Shown here: positions 30,394-40,592 of the stretch, piece by piece
Layout: every line of letters begins with the position of its first letter
How positions within the stretch are numbered: position 1 is the stretch's first letter
DNA from: Chloroflexota bacterium
GTDB taxonomy: Bacteria > Chloroflexota > Dehalococcoidia > Lucifugimonadales > Lucifugimonadaceae
Direction: 5' to 3'
DNA: 64,000 bases
NCBI GenBank assembly: GCA_002719295.1
Contig: PBHC01000012.1
Location: 109,930-173,929 of the forward strand
Notes under the pieces: model-generated
What the model saw: only the letters and a program-made list of their open reading frames with translations
What the model was told of the DNA's origin: nothing
Databases searched by the model: none
Position numbers and translations under genes: made by a program

Positions 30394-30795
30394 TTAATGA
30401 GGATGATCTTCAAATGTTATTCCTTCAATATTTTGTGGAGGGCTATTTTCATCTTCACTGAAACCGAATCCTATAAAGTGTGGAGGTGGGTTTTTTACGG
30501 TCAATTGAGCCGGTTTAGTTTTACTTATTGATTCCACTCCACCTTTTACAATTACTTCAAGGCCATCTTGAAGGATTATCTTATCTGTTTCTACTATACC
30601 TCTTGGATTATTTAATTCTTTGGATTCTTTAGTATAAATGCCCCAGTTTATAAGACCTTCATATTCAGCAGGAAGTATTATTCTCCATTTAGAAATTAAT
30701 CCAGAGTGAGGACTTATTGAAACTATAATACTTGATTCAGGATCGGAAGGATCCCCGTGATCTATTTCCCAGTTATATAAAGAACCGTTTTGCAA
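30394..30795 (-). CDS. Hypothetical protein
   Basis: 133-aa ORF filling the gap between rpsT and lexA; TTG start abuts the rpsT stop. Confidence 0.65.
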   Translation of the reverse strand: MQNGSLYNWEIDHGDPSDPESSIIVSISPHSGLISKWRIILPAEYEGLINWGIYTKESKELNNPRGIVETDKIILQDGLEVIVKGGVESISKTKPAQLTVKNPPPHFIGFGFSEDENSPPQNIEGITFEDHPH

Positions 30796-31050
30796 TTACT
30801 TAGATTTATTGACTAATTGTTGAAGTCTAGATTTTTTTCTCGATGCGTTATTTTTGTGGATGACGTTCTTTTTAGCTGCTCTATCAAGAACTTTTGATGC
30901 TTCTCTAAGCAGTTTTTCAGTCTCTTCAGCAGAATCTTTTGCTGAAACACTATTTCTTAATCTAGTTATTGAAGATTTTATAGCAGTCTTTATCGACAAA
31001 TTTACATTATATTTGTTTGATTGACTTCTATTAGATTTTAAGCTTGGCAT
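30796..31050 (-). CDS. rpsT: 30S ribosomal protein S20
   Basis: LDRAAKKNVIHKNNASRKKSRL signature. Confidence 0.93.
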   Translation of the reverse strand: MPSLKSNRSQSNKYNVNLSIKTAIKSSITRLRNSVSAKDSAEETEKLLREASKVLDRAAKKNVIHKNNASRKKSRLQQLVNKSK

Positions 31051-31055
31051 GATTT

Positions 31056-33218
31056 TTACTTTTTCCTTTTAACATTATAGACTCCAGCAATACTTTCCAT
31101 TTTTCCAAGAAGTCTAATAATTTGCCCTAAGTCTCTAGTATAAACTGTTAATTGAATTTTGCATGTACCATTTTTATCGTCTTCTTGAGAATTTATTGAA
31201 TGTAAATTTGTTTTTTCTCCCCAGACAACGTCTGTAATGTCTCTTATTAGTCCAATTCTGTCATAAGCATCAATTTGTACTATTGTAGGATTAAGGTTTT
31301 TCAAATGACCCCATGCAGCGGGTTTAAATCTCTCGGTATTTTCAAATGTTCTTAATCTTGAACAAATTATTCTGTGGATAATTATGTCATTTGTAGTATT
31401 TTTGTATCCTACTATTTCATCACCATAGACAGGTTCACAGCAGTTTGCTAATTTCTTTTCAGAATCTTTTTCACCCATAATTATTACTGATGAAACTGAA
31501 TCAAAATTTTGTTGATTATTTTCTTTGTTTGTAAGTTCCTCATTGCTTTGCATTTTTCGGACAGTTTCTTCTAATTGCCTCTCATTAATTAAATCAATAA
31601 TTTTATGGTTTCCGATTTCTCCAGTTCCTACTTTATATGCAAAGTTTTCATATGAGTCATTTTGAGAAAGATATGGTAAAAATTGATCTGGATCATCTAT
31701 GTTAGAAAGTCTTATTGTTCTTAAAATTTGTCTTTCTCCTCGCTCAATATTTTCTTCTCTCTCTCTCTTTTTGAACCATTCTCTAACTTTATTTTTTGCA
31801 TTTGCGGTTTTTATGTATCCTAAACTATCATTCAACCAGTCTAAGTTTGGGCCTTTATCACTTTCTGATTTTTGTATTTGAACAGTATCTCCATTATTAA
31901 GAGTTGTATTTAATGGTTTTAAAACTCCATTTATAAATGATGCCTGACAAGCATGACCTAGCTCAGTATGTAAACTATAAGCATAATCTAATGGCGTTGA
32001 CCCAATTGGTAAAGTGAAAATTTGGTTTTTTGGTGAATAAACAATTACTTTGTCGGAAAGTATATCGTTACTTACAGAATCTAAATAATCACTATCTTCA
32101 AGAACCTCTTTTTCAAAATCTATCATATCTTTAAGCCAATAAGTATCTTTTTCATTTTCAAGAATTTTTTCTTGCTCAATTGAATCTTTATATTTCCAAT
32201 GAGAAGCAACTCCTTCTTCAGCAAATTTATGCATTTTTTCTGATCGGATTTGGAATTCAATTTTTTGATTATTTTCATTCATAACAACAGTATGAAGTGA
32301 CTGATAATAATTTTCTTTAGGAGAAGCTATATAATCATCAAATGAACCTGGAATTGGTCTCCATAAGTCATGAATTTTACCTAGGGCAACGTAGCATTCT
32401 TCTTTTGACTTAACCACAATTCTAATTGCTATTAAATCTTCTATATCAGAGAAATTTCGTCCCATTTGTTTATATCTTTGCAGTTTGTTATAAACTGAAA
32501 ATAAACTTTTAGGCCTGCCTGTAACTAATGCATTTAGATTATTTTTTTCTAAAAAAGACTCTATTTCTGAAATCATATTCTTAGTCGCTGCTTCACGCTC
32601 ACTTCTTTTTTGGCTGATTAGCCTTTTTGTCATCTTAAACTTATCAGGCATTAAGTGTTTGAAACTCTCGTCTTCTAGTCTCCACTTAAGATCATTCATG
32701 CCTATTTTTTGAGCTAATGGAGCATGAATAGTCAAAGTTTCTTGAGCGATTTTTTTTCTTTTTTCTGGATCTAAATACCTTAAAGTTTCCACATTATGAA
32801 GTCTATCTGCTAATTTTATTATCATTACTCTTACATCTTTAGCTACTGAAACTAAAAATCTTCTCATATTTTTTTGATCAATATTTTCTATAAGGTTATT
32901 TTCATCTGCCGTAAGTTTTGTTAGAGATGAAACTATATTTGAAACTTCATTCCCAAAATTATTTTCAATGTCAGTAGAATTGAATGTAGTATCCTCAATG
33001 ACATCATGAAGTAAGCCTGCAATAATTACAGTTGGATCTAATTCCAACCGTGCAAGATGAGTTGCTACTTCAACTGGATGAATAATAAAATCATGTCCTG
33101 ATTTCCTTTTTTGTCCTTCATGGGCTTTTTCTGCAAAATCAAAAGCTTGAATTATTTTATCTATTTCATCTTTTGGGAGATAAGATTCCAGTTTGTTTAT
33201 AAAATTATCTGTAAGCAT
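31056..33218 (-). CDS. rel: Bifunctional (p)ppGpp synthetase/hydrolase Rel
   Basis: HD domain (HP..VA, LHDVIED, KLADRLHN), synthetase (GRPK, YQSLHT, EFQIR), TGS, CC.PV.GD and ACT domains. Confidence 0.95.
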   Translation of the reverse strand: MLTDNFINKLESYLPKDEIDKIIQAFDFAEKAHEGQKRKSGHDFIIHPVEVATHLARLELDPTVIIAGLLHDVIEDTTFNSTDIENNFGNEVSNIVSSLTKLTADENNLIENIDQKNMRRFLVSVAKDVRVMIIKLADRLHNVETLRYLDPEKRKKIAQETLTIHAPLAQKIGMNDLKWRLEDESFKHLMPDKFKMTKRLISQKRSEREAATKNMISEIESFLEKNNLNALVTGRPKSLFSVYNKLQRYKQMGRNFSDIEDLIAIRIVVKSKEECYVALGKIHDLWRPIPGSFDDYIASPKENYYQSLHTVVMNENNQKIEFQIRSEKMHKFAEEGVASHWKYKDSIEQEKILENEKDTYWLKDMIDFEKEVLEDSDYLDSVSNDILSDKVIVYSPKNQIFTLPIGSTPLDYAYSLHTELGHACQASFINGVLKPLNTTLNNGDTVQIQKSESDKGPNLDWLNDSLGYIKTANAKNKVREWFKKREREENIERGERQILRTIRLSNIDDPDQFLPYLSQNDSYENFAYKVGTGEIGNHKIIDLINERQLEETVRKMQSNEELTNKENNQQNFDSVSSVIIMGEKDSEKKLANCCEPVYGDEIVGYKNTTNDIIIHRIICSRLRTFENTERFKPAAWGHLKNLNPTIVQIDAYDRIGLIRDITDVVWGEKTNLHSINSQEDDKNGTCKIQLTVYTRDLGQIIRLLGKMESIAGVYNVKRKK

Positions 33219-34199
33219 TTATAATATTTTTATTATTTCGTCCTGATCAAATCTTTTTAGTTTTAAAGATTTACCTTTATTAATAATGATATTACCTTTT
33301 TCTTTTTTTGTCGTTTTTCCAATTATTGATGAAGGAATATTATTATTATTAAGCTCTTTAATTATGTTTTTAGAATTATTTGAATTACTGATAATAATAA
33401 GACAACCTGAACTAATAACTCCTAAAGGATTTATTTTTAATGATTTGCAAGCTTTTTCAAAATTTTCTACGAATTTAATTTTTTCAAATTCTATTTCACA
33501 CCCAACTTCTCCATATTCAGTTATCTCATTTATTGCAGTTGAAATCCCTCCCTCTGTAGGGTCATGCATTTTTATAACTCCTCCAGACCTAATTGCACAT
33601 TCGGAAATCTTTTTTACAGATATTGATAAGTCTTTACAGTGAGATTCTAATCTTTTTATTTCTTCCTTATCATTGCTTATATTGGAACAAATTATTTTAC
33701 TTCCTTCAATTCCTACTAATCCTCCTATAATAATATCTTGATCTGGTTTGATTTTTTCGTTTTCATTAAAACCTTTGTTGTAAATACCAATAATAGTTCC
33801 TGAAACAATTATTTTATTTACTGAAGAAGTAACTTCAGTGTGACCTCCAACTATATCTATATGATTCAAATTAGCTTTGTGCGAGAGACCTAAAAGATTA
33901 TTTCTTAATACTTCAAAAGATGTATTAAGAGGAACTAAACAAGTAACTAAAAGCCATTTAGGAATTCCTCCTGAAGCATATATATCATTAGAACAAATAT
34001 CTACTAAATAACTTCCAATATTTTCTGTATCAAAAGTTATGGGATCTGAAGAAACTAATATTTTTTTATTATCAGAAATATTTATTTCTGTTGAATCTTC
34101 CCCAATTTTTGGGGTTTTTGAATTAGAATTATTTATATCGCTAAATAGTTTTTTTAGTAAATTATTATTAAGTTTTCCCTCTGGAAGAATATTCATCAT
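33219..34199 (-). CDS. AIR synthase-related (PurM/HypE-like) protein
   Basis: GKL, GED, SSDPIT, ND...SG, GGHTE, MHDPTEGG, ISSG.L. Confidence 0.85.
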   Translation of the reverse strand: MMNILPEGKLNNNLLKKLFSDINNSNSKTPKIGEDSTEINISDNKKILVSSDPITFDTENIGSYLVDICSNDIYASGGIPKWLLVTCLVPLNTSFEVLRNNLLGLSHKANLNHIDIVGGHTEVTSSVNKIIVSGTIIGIYNKGFNENEKIKPDQDIIIGGLVGIEGSKIICSNISNDKEEIKRLESHCKDLSISVKKISECAIRSGGVIKMHDPTEGGISTAINEITEYGEVGCEIEFEKIKFVENFEKACKSLKINPLGVISSGCLIIISNSNNSKNIIKELNNNNIPSSIIGKTTKKEKGNIIINKGKSLKLKRFDQDEIIKIL

Positions 34200-35200
34200 T
34201 TAGGCATCCCTGGGAACTCTATTGTAGAAAGTATTTCTTCGACAATACTCAATATTGTGTTTCCTGAAGTTATACTTTCATCAACGTAAACATAATATGG
34301 GTTTTTATTACAATACAATAACATTTCAATAGATGAATCCTCTTTTTCAAATATAAGTTTGTAGTTAGCCTCACAAATATCAGATTGAGTAATCGTAATT
34401 TTTTTATTTATGGAATTAATAATGCTATTAATCCTTTCTTCGTTTTCTATAGTAGAAATTAGTTTTTCTTCTTTATTTAATCTGAGTTCAATTCTTTTTG
34501 TATTTGATAATTCATACTTTTCAACAAAGTTGAAATTAGCATTTATATTTGATTTTTTTATCTGAGTGCAATTAATATAGTTAGTTCTTAAATCAGTATG
34601 ATATTCTTCTTTTTCATTGTTTTTTATAACATTTAACTTATATCCATCAGTAATTACTTCGGCATAGAACATTCCATTTACTGGGCATCCTAATGCACTT
34701 GAATTCCATGTTACTTCTTCAAAAGAATCAAAAGTAAAATTATTGATATCTATTTTTTCTTCTGAAATTATTTTTGCCAAAATCATACTAATATAATCTG
34801 GTATTTGTTCATCTAATTCAGATGAATTATTTGATTTATTATTTTCTTTTACTTGTTTTACTCTTTCTTGTATTATTTTTTCGGCTTCTTCTTCTGTTAT
34901 TCTAGGCTTCTTTTCATTAGATTTTTGAGGAATCAGTTTTTCATCTTCTTGTTCTACTTTTTCTTTAGACTCATTAGGTTCGCTTATAAAGTGTTGGTTA
35001 GTGTCAAGAATTTGAGGATCATCTTTTTTAGGCACAGTTTCTTTACTTAAATCTTTGTTAGAAAGATTTTTTTCATCATATATATTGGGACTGCTTGTAT
35101 AAAAATTATTCTCTAATATTAAAAAAACTATTGTTATAGAAAATAAAATGACAATTAGGACAGAAATTAAGTTTATGTATCTTATAAAAACGTTATAAAT
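34196..35200 (-). CDS. Membrane-anchored/secreted hypothetical protein (W..S.LGCP..G..Y motif); start uncertain
   Basis: Track ORF begins at GTG 35035, but the frame is open to 35224 and adds a TM helix. Candidate ATT start at 35200 follows AAGGGG. Confidence 0.6.
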   Translation of the reverse strand: MYNVFIRYINLISVLIVILFSITIVFLILENNFYTSSPNIYDEKNLSNKDLSKETVPKKDDPQILDTNQHFISEPNESKEKVEQEDEKLIPQKSNEKKPRITEEEAEKIIQERVKQVKENNKSNNSSELDEQIPDYISMILAKIISEEKIDINNFTFDSFEEVTWNSSALGCPVNGMFYAEVITDGYKLNVIKNNEKEEYHTDLRTNYINCTQIKKSNINANFNFVEKYELSNTKRIELRLNKEEKLISTIENEERINSIINSINKKITITQSDICEANYKLIFEKEDSSIEMLLYCNKNPYYVYVDESITSGNTILSIVEEILSTIEFPGMPK

Positions 35201-35259
35201 GAAATACCCCTTATGAATGAATAGTTATTGTATACTGATTAGGTAGAAATAATATTAAA

Positions 35260-36879
35260 ATGTCAGCACTTTCATCAAATTCAATTATATACAAGAAATT
35301 TAAAAAATTAGATTTGGGACTTACTGTCATCCATTTTTCCTCCTTGGTTTTAGGTTTTTTCCTAGTTCTTCCTTTGCTATATTTGCTAGCTAAAATAACT
35401 TTTGAATTTAATTTATTCTTTGATTTTATATTTAATACTAATATATTGAAATTATCTTTTAACACCGTTTCATTGATAGTTCTAGTGGTTGTTTTTTCAG
35501 TTTTAATTTCATTACCATTGGCTTTTTTGAATGTGCGTAGTAATCTTCCTTTTGCAAAATACTTAACCTCAATTTCAGTTTTACCAATTGCATTACCTAG
35601 CTATGTAATGGCAACAACTCAGATTGAAATTTGGAGTAAGAATGGATGGGTTCATAATTTTTTAAAATTATTTTTCGAAATGAAAACATTTCCATCATTT
35701 TATGGTTTAATTGGTTCTGTTTTTGTATTGTCCCTAATTACTTACCCATATGTATATATTGGGCTTGCAGCTATGTTTAGAAGATTTGATTATCAGATGA
35801 TTGATGCTTCTAAAACATTAGGAGATAATTCTTTTCAAACATTTACTAAAATTATTTTTCCTTTAGTTAGTCCTACAATTGTTGGAGGATCTTTGCTTGT
35901 TTCTTTGTATGTTTTAAGTGATTTTGGAGCAGTTTCATTATTGAGATTTAATACTTTTACAATAGCTATTTTTAACAGAATGTATAACAGTATTAGTAAT
36001 TACGGAGTTCTAGAAATATCTCTTCTTGCAATTTTATTTTGTTTTGTAATTTTATTTATAGAATCAAGAACCAAAAATGAATCAAGGCATTTTTCAAACT
36101 CAAATTTATCTGATTACAAAAAATCAGATTTAGGATTATGGAAATGGGTTCTACTCCCAATATCTTTGATTCCATTGATTTTTGGATTTATCCTTCCTAT
36201 TTCTGTTCTTATTTATTGGCTTATAATTGGGATAGGGGAAGATACTGGTTTTTCTGATGTCATTCAACCTACTATAAATACATTAATGATCTCTTCAGTA
36301 TCAGCAATATTTATTACACTGGTTTGCATTCCTTTGTTGATCACTATTAAGAAAAATATAAGAGTACTTTCTTTTATAATAGATAAAGTATCTTATATTG
36401 GCCTGTCTCTTCCAGGAGTAATTGTTTCTATGTCTTTAGTCTTCTTCTGTATAAATTATTTTGATTACATCTATCAAACCTTTATTGTTTTGGTTTTAGG
36501 ATATTTTATTTCTTTTTTACCTGCTGCATTAGGTCCAATCAAAGCTAGTATGACTCAAATAGATCCCAAGCTAGAAGATGCATCATTAACTCTTGGTGCA
36601 AGTAGAATTAAAACTTATATTAATGTGGTTGTAAAATTATCAAGCCCAGGATTTATTTATGGAGGTGTTTTAGTATTTATTCTTTGTCTAAAAGAACTAC
36701 CTGCAACATTAATATTAAGCCCCATAGGTTTCCAAACTTTAGCAACTGAAATTTGGAGTAATGCAAGTGAGGCCTTTTTTATAAAAACGGCTTTGGCGTC
36801 TATCGTTTTAGTTATAATAGCTGGAGTCCCGTCTTATATTTTTATGTCTAATGATTTATCAAAAAGGCTAGGGAATTAA
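35260..36879 (+). CDS. Fe3+ ABC transporter permease (FbpB-like)
   Basis: Duplicated permease halves; P.ALPSYV, YPYVY, LSDFGAV, KELPATL.L.P.G..TLA. Confidence 0.9.
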   Translation: MSALSSNSIIYKKFKKLDLGLTVIHFSSLVLGFFLVLPLLYLLAKITFEFNLFFDFIFNTNILKLSFNTVSLIVLVVVFSVLISLPLAFLNVRSNLPFAKYLTSISVLPIALPSYVMATTQIEIWSKNGWVHNFLKLFFEMKTFPSFYGLIGSVFVLSLITYPYVYIGLAAMFRRFDYQMIDASKTLGDNSFQTFTKIIFPLVSPTIVGGSLLVSLYVLSDFGAVSLLRFNTFTIAIFNRMYNSISNYGVLEISLLAILFCFVILFIESRTKNESRHFSNSNLSDYKKSDLGLWKWVLLPISLIPLIFGFILPISVLIYWLIIGIGEDTGFSDVIQPTINTLMISSVSAIFITLVCIPLLITIKKNIRVLSFIIDKVSYIGLSLPGVIVSMSLVFFCINYFDYIYQTFIVLVLGYFISFLPAALGPIKASMTQIDPKLEDASLTLGASRIKTYINVVVKLSSPGFIYGGVLVFILCLKELPATLILSPIGFQTLATEIWSNASEAFFIKTALASIVLVIIAGVPSYIFMSNDLSKRLGN

Positions 36880-37934
36880 TGACTAATCAAGAAAATACAG
36901 GAATTATACCTAAGCTAGAAATTGCAGATATGCATTTTTCATATACTTCAGAGCATGAAGTTTTATCAAATTTATCTTTAAAAGTGCAGGATAGAGAATT
37001 TGTCAGTGTAATTGGAGACAGTGGTGCAGGAAAAACGACTTTGTTTAGAGCTATTAATGGCTTGGAAAAAGTTAATGAGGGTTATATAAGATTAGATGGT
37101 TACCTTCAATCTGCAGCTTTTTTTCATATACCAGCTGAAAAAAGATCTATAGGAACTATTTTTCAAGATTATGCACTTTTCCCTCATTTAAATGTCGAAA
37201 AAAATATTAAATATGCTCTAAAAAGTTCTAATTTTGATAAAAATTTTTATGAAAACATTTTGGCGTTATTACGAGTAGAAGAATTACTAGATAGATTTGT
37301 GGATGAATTATCTGGGGGACAAAAACAAAGAATTGCGTTAGCTAGATCTTTAGTTAGAAAACCAAAATTATTGTTAATGGATGAACCTTTTTCAAATTTA
37401 GATAGAAATCTAAGAGTACAAATTAGAAGAGAACTTAAACAAATTTTTAAAGATATAGGCACAACAGTTTTACTTATAACTCATGATTCTGAAGAAGCTT
37501 TGAGTCTATCTGATAAAGTTGGATTCCTATATGCAGGAGAAATCATACAATTTTCTACTCCAGAAAAAATTTATGACAGACCTGATCATAGTATTATTGC
37601 AAAATCTATATCTAATTCAAATGTTATTTTTGGAGATGTTTATAAAAATAAAGTTTCAACTTTTATAGGCAATTTTATTTTGGATGAAAATTTCAATGAA
37701 CAAAGTAAAATTTACATCAATGTAAAACCAGATCAATTGTCAATAAATCTTAACCAGAAAAATTTTGTCATAAAAGATAAAGAGTTTTTAGAAGGAAGCC
37801 AGCTTTTTGTTCTTAATGAAATTGACACAGGAATGGAGCTAAACGTTAAGATGCCTAATAGTAGTGATTATCAAATAGGTCAAAACGTTGGTATAGAAAT
37901 TATAAAAAAAGAAGTAAATAAATTATTGGAATAG
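36879..37934 (+). CDS. Fe3+/polyamine-type ABC transporter ATPase (FbpC-like)
   Basis: GDSGAGKT, FQDYALFPHL, LSGGQ.QR, LLMDEPFSNLD. Confidence 0.9.
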   Translation: MTNQENTGIIPKLEIADMHFSYTSEHEVLSNLSLKVQDREFVSVIGDSGAGKTTLFRAINGLEKVNEGYIRLDGYLQSAAFFHIPAEKRSIGTIFQDYALFPHLNVEKNIKYALKSSNFDKNFYENILALLRVEELLDRFVDELSGGQKQRIALARSLVRKPKLLLMDEPFSNLDRNLRVQIRRELKQIFKDIGTTVLLITHDSEEALSLSDKVGFLYAGEIIQFSTPEKIYDRPDHSIIAKSISNSNVIFGDVYKNKVSTFIGNFILDENFNEQSKIYINVKPDQLSINLNQKNFVIKDKEFLEGSQLFVLNEIDTGMELNVKMPNSSDYQIGQNVGIEIIKKEVNKLLE

Positions 37935-37942
37935 CGAATATA

Positions 37943-39175
37943 TTAATATTTCTTGATTACAACGCAGGCATTTTGACCACCAAATCCAAAGCTATTGGAT
38001 AAAGCTATATCAACGTTCTTTTTTATTTTCTTGTTTGGAACATAATTTAAGTCACATTCAGGATCAGGGTTTTCTAAGTTTATTGTTGGGTGTATTTCAC
38101 CATGAATAGTAGATTGAATACAAGCTATGATTTCTAATGCTCCAGAAGCCCCTAAAGAGTGTCCGACCATAGATTTAGTTGAAGAAATAGGAATATTATA
38201 TGCCTCATCTCCAAATAAATTCTTAATAGCTAGTGTTTCAATTCGATCATTTGTTGGAGTCGAAGTCCCGTGAGCATTTATATAATCTATTTCACTTTTT
38301 TCTAATCCAGCATCCTCAATAGCGAGTTTCATAGCTTTAGTTGCTCCTAATCCTTCTTTATGGGGCTGGACCAAATGAAAAGCATCAGAAGTGACTCCAA
38401 ATCCTGCAATTTCAGCAATTGGTTTAGCTCCTCTATTAAGAGCATGCTCTTCTGATTCTAAAATTAGTATTCCAGCGCCCTCAGAAGGAGCAAATCCATC
38501 TCTGTTCGCATCAAATGGCCTGCTAGCCTTAGAAGGATCACCATCCCATGTTGATAAAGCATGCATTGTACTAAATCCTCCCATTCCTATTTCACAAATA
38601 CCTGACTCAGCTCCACCAGTAATTACTATATCTGCTTTATTATTTTTTATTATTTCTGCAGCTTCACCTATAGCTTGAGTAGAGGCTGCGCAAGCTGTTA
38701 TACAAGTATTGTTATATCCTGTAGCTTGATAAATCCTTGAAATGTTTGCAGAAGCCATATTTGATAACATTGATGGTATATAAAAAGGACTCATTCTCAT
38801 TACGCCTTTTGTTTCCTTGATTGCTGCTTGTTGATCTGTTTCTGGTAGCCCCCCTGCACCAGTTCCAATTAAAACACCTATTCTATCTGTATCAATTTTA
38901 CCTAAAAATTTTGATTGCTCTACTGCATCTTTAGCTGCAGCTACAGCTAGTTGAGAAAATCTCCCCATTCTTTTAGCTTCTTTTGGGTTCATCCATTCTC
39001 CTGGTTCAAAATTTTGGACTTCGCCACTAACTTTGCACGGGAAATCATCTGAACTAACTTGAGTTATTGTTCGAATTCCAGAAACTCCATTTGATAAAGA
39101 GGTCCAATAATCTTTTACAGTATTTCCTAAACAACTTTGTATTCCAATACCTGTTACTACTATTTTTTTACTCAT
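37943..39175 (-). CDS. fabF: 3-oxoacyl-ACP synthase II
   Basis: TACAA catalytic Cys, NAHGTST, KSMVGH, SNSFGFGGQN. Confidence 0.95.
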   Translation of the reverse strand: MSKKIVVTGIGIQSCLGNTVKDYWTSLSNGVSGIRTITQVSSDDFPCKVSGEVQNFEPGEWMNPKEAKRMGRFSQLAVAAAKDAVEQSKFLGKIDTDRIGVLIGTGAGGLPETDQQAAIKETKGVMRMSPFYIPSMLSNMASANISRIYQATGYNNTCITACAASTQAIGEAAEIIKNNKADIVITGGAESGICEIGMGGFSTMHALSTWDGDPSKASRPFDANRDGFAPSEGAGILILESEEHALNRGAKPIAEIAGFGVTSDAFHLVQPHKEGLGATKAMKLAIEDAGLEKSEIDYINAHGTSTPTNDRIETLAIKNLFGDEAYNIPISSTKSMVGHSLGASGALEIIACIQSTIHGEIHPTINLENPDPECDLNYVPNKKIKKNVDIALSNSFGFGGQNACVVIKKY

Positions 39176-40520
39176 AATTATATTTTTCTGGTTTGATTTC
39201 TTTAATTATTTCTATTATTTCTGATGCTATGTAAAGAGAACCGAATGCTACGATTACTCCATCAAAATCAATAATACTTTTTGCTATTTTATATGCTTCT
39301 TTAGTGTTATTTGTTAATTCTATTATATTTAATCTTAAATCTTTTATTTCTTTATGTATCTTTGTTGGATTTTTTGCTTTTGGAATTCTGCTTTTAGTAA
39401 TAATTATTTTAGGATTGAATTTTTTTATAGGCCTTAATGTCTCTAAAGAATTATGACCTTCTGATCCACCATAAATCCAAATAATATTATCAAAATTTAC
39501 TTTTTGGCCTTTCAAGACATCAATCAATGCTTTAGTTGATTTAATATTTTGAGCCCCATCAATAACATTTTTTATTCCACTTTTATTTATGATTTCACAC
39601 CTTCCTATCATGTGAGTTTTTGAAATATTTTTTGTTATCAATTCCCAATTTGGGGTAATAGATTTAATCCCTAAGAACACATCAATGGATTTTAGTGCAG
39701 TCTTTATATTTTCTAATTGATGCTTTCCTAATAAAGAAGTAGTAAATTTATATTTATTTAAAAATTTTAATTTCTGCTCCATATTATTTATTGAATTAGC
39801 TTTGTTTTTAATTAATTCTATATTTTTAGAACTAAATAATTTTGCATTATTTTTTTTTGCTGAAAGTTCTATAACTTCGTGTGCATTTTTTACTTGATTT
39901 GAAGTAACAACAGGAATGTTTTTCTTGATAATCCCAGCTTTTTCATATGATATTTTTTTTATAGTATTTCCTAAAATTTTAGTATGATCTTTGCTTATTT
40001 GAGTTATTACACAAATTGTTGGTTCTATAACATTAGTTGAATCGAGTCTTCCGCCTAATCCAACTTCAATTATTGATAAATCTACTTTTTCATCTCTAAA
40101 AATAACTAAAGATAAAAGGGTCATAAACTCGAAGAAAGATGGTCGTTGGCTTAAGTCATTTTTCATTATTGATACAATTTCCCAAACCTTTACAAAATAT
40201 TTATTAAATAATTTTTTTGATATTGGAGAATTATTGATTTTAATTCTTTCAGTAACAGAGTGCATATGTGGAGATGTGAATAATCCAACTTTGTATTGCA
40301 TAAGACCATTTGATATTAAGTTTGAAGTAGATCCTTTTCCTTTTGATCCAGCTACATGTATAAAAACCTGATTTTTATTTGGATAATTAAATTTCTTCAT
40401 CATGTACTCTACTCTTTCAAGATGAAATCCAGGAGGATTATTCTTACTTTTTTCATATTCAAAATTAGTAAGACTCATTAATTTATCTATATTTTTTACG
40501 TAAAGAGATTCTTCATTCAT
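39168..40520 (-). CDS. folC: Folylpolyglutamate synthase/dihydrofolate synthase
   Basis: HVAGSKGKGST, FTSPH, EVGLGGRLDSTN, EKAGI.K, GSLY. Confidence 0.93.
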   Translation of the reverse strand: MNEESLYVKNIDKLMSLTNFEYEKSKNNPPGFHLERVEYMMKKFNYPNKNQVFIHVAGSKGKGSTSNLISNGLMQYKVGLFTSPHMHSVTERIKINNSPISKKLFNKYFVKVWEIVSIMKNDLSQRPSFFEFMTLLSLVIFRDEKVDLSIIEVGLGGRLDSTNVIEPTICVITQISKDHTKILGNTIKKISYEKAGIIKKNIPVVTSNQVKNAHEVIELSAKKNNAKLFSSKNIELIKNKANSINNMEQKLKFLNKYKFTTSLLGKHQLENIKTALKSIDVFLGIKSITPNWELITKNISKTHMIGRCEIINKSGIKNVIDGAQNIKSTKALIDVLKGQKVNFDNIIWIYGGSEGHNSLETLRPIKKFNPKIIITKSRIPKAKNPTKIHKEIKDLRLNIIELTNNTKEAYKIAKSIIDFDGVIVAFGSLYIASEIIEIIKEIKPEKYNYE

Positions 40521-40592
40521 GATTATTTACTTTATGTTTTCTAATAAGCATTATAATTACTTAAATGTTATATTTTTTTAGAGGGGTTTTTT

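Noticed and set aside
33219..34199. hypE indicating a hydrogenase system
   Set aside because: No hydrogenase or other hyp genes nearby and no C-terminal PRIC motif; generic AIR-synthase-like protein.
35211..35465. 84-aa minus-strand ORF
   Set aside because: Shadow of the permease N-terminus, and in a different frame from the 34196 gene.
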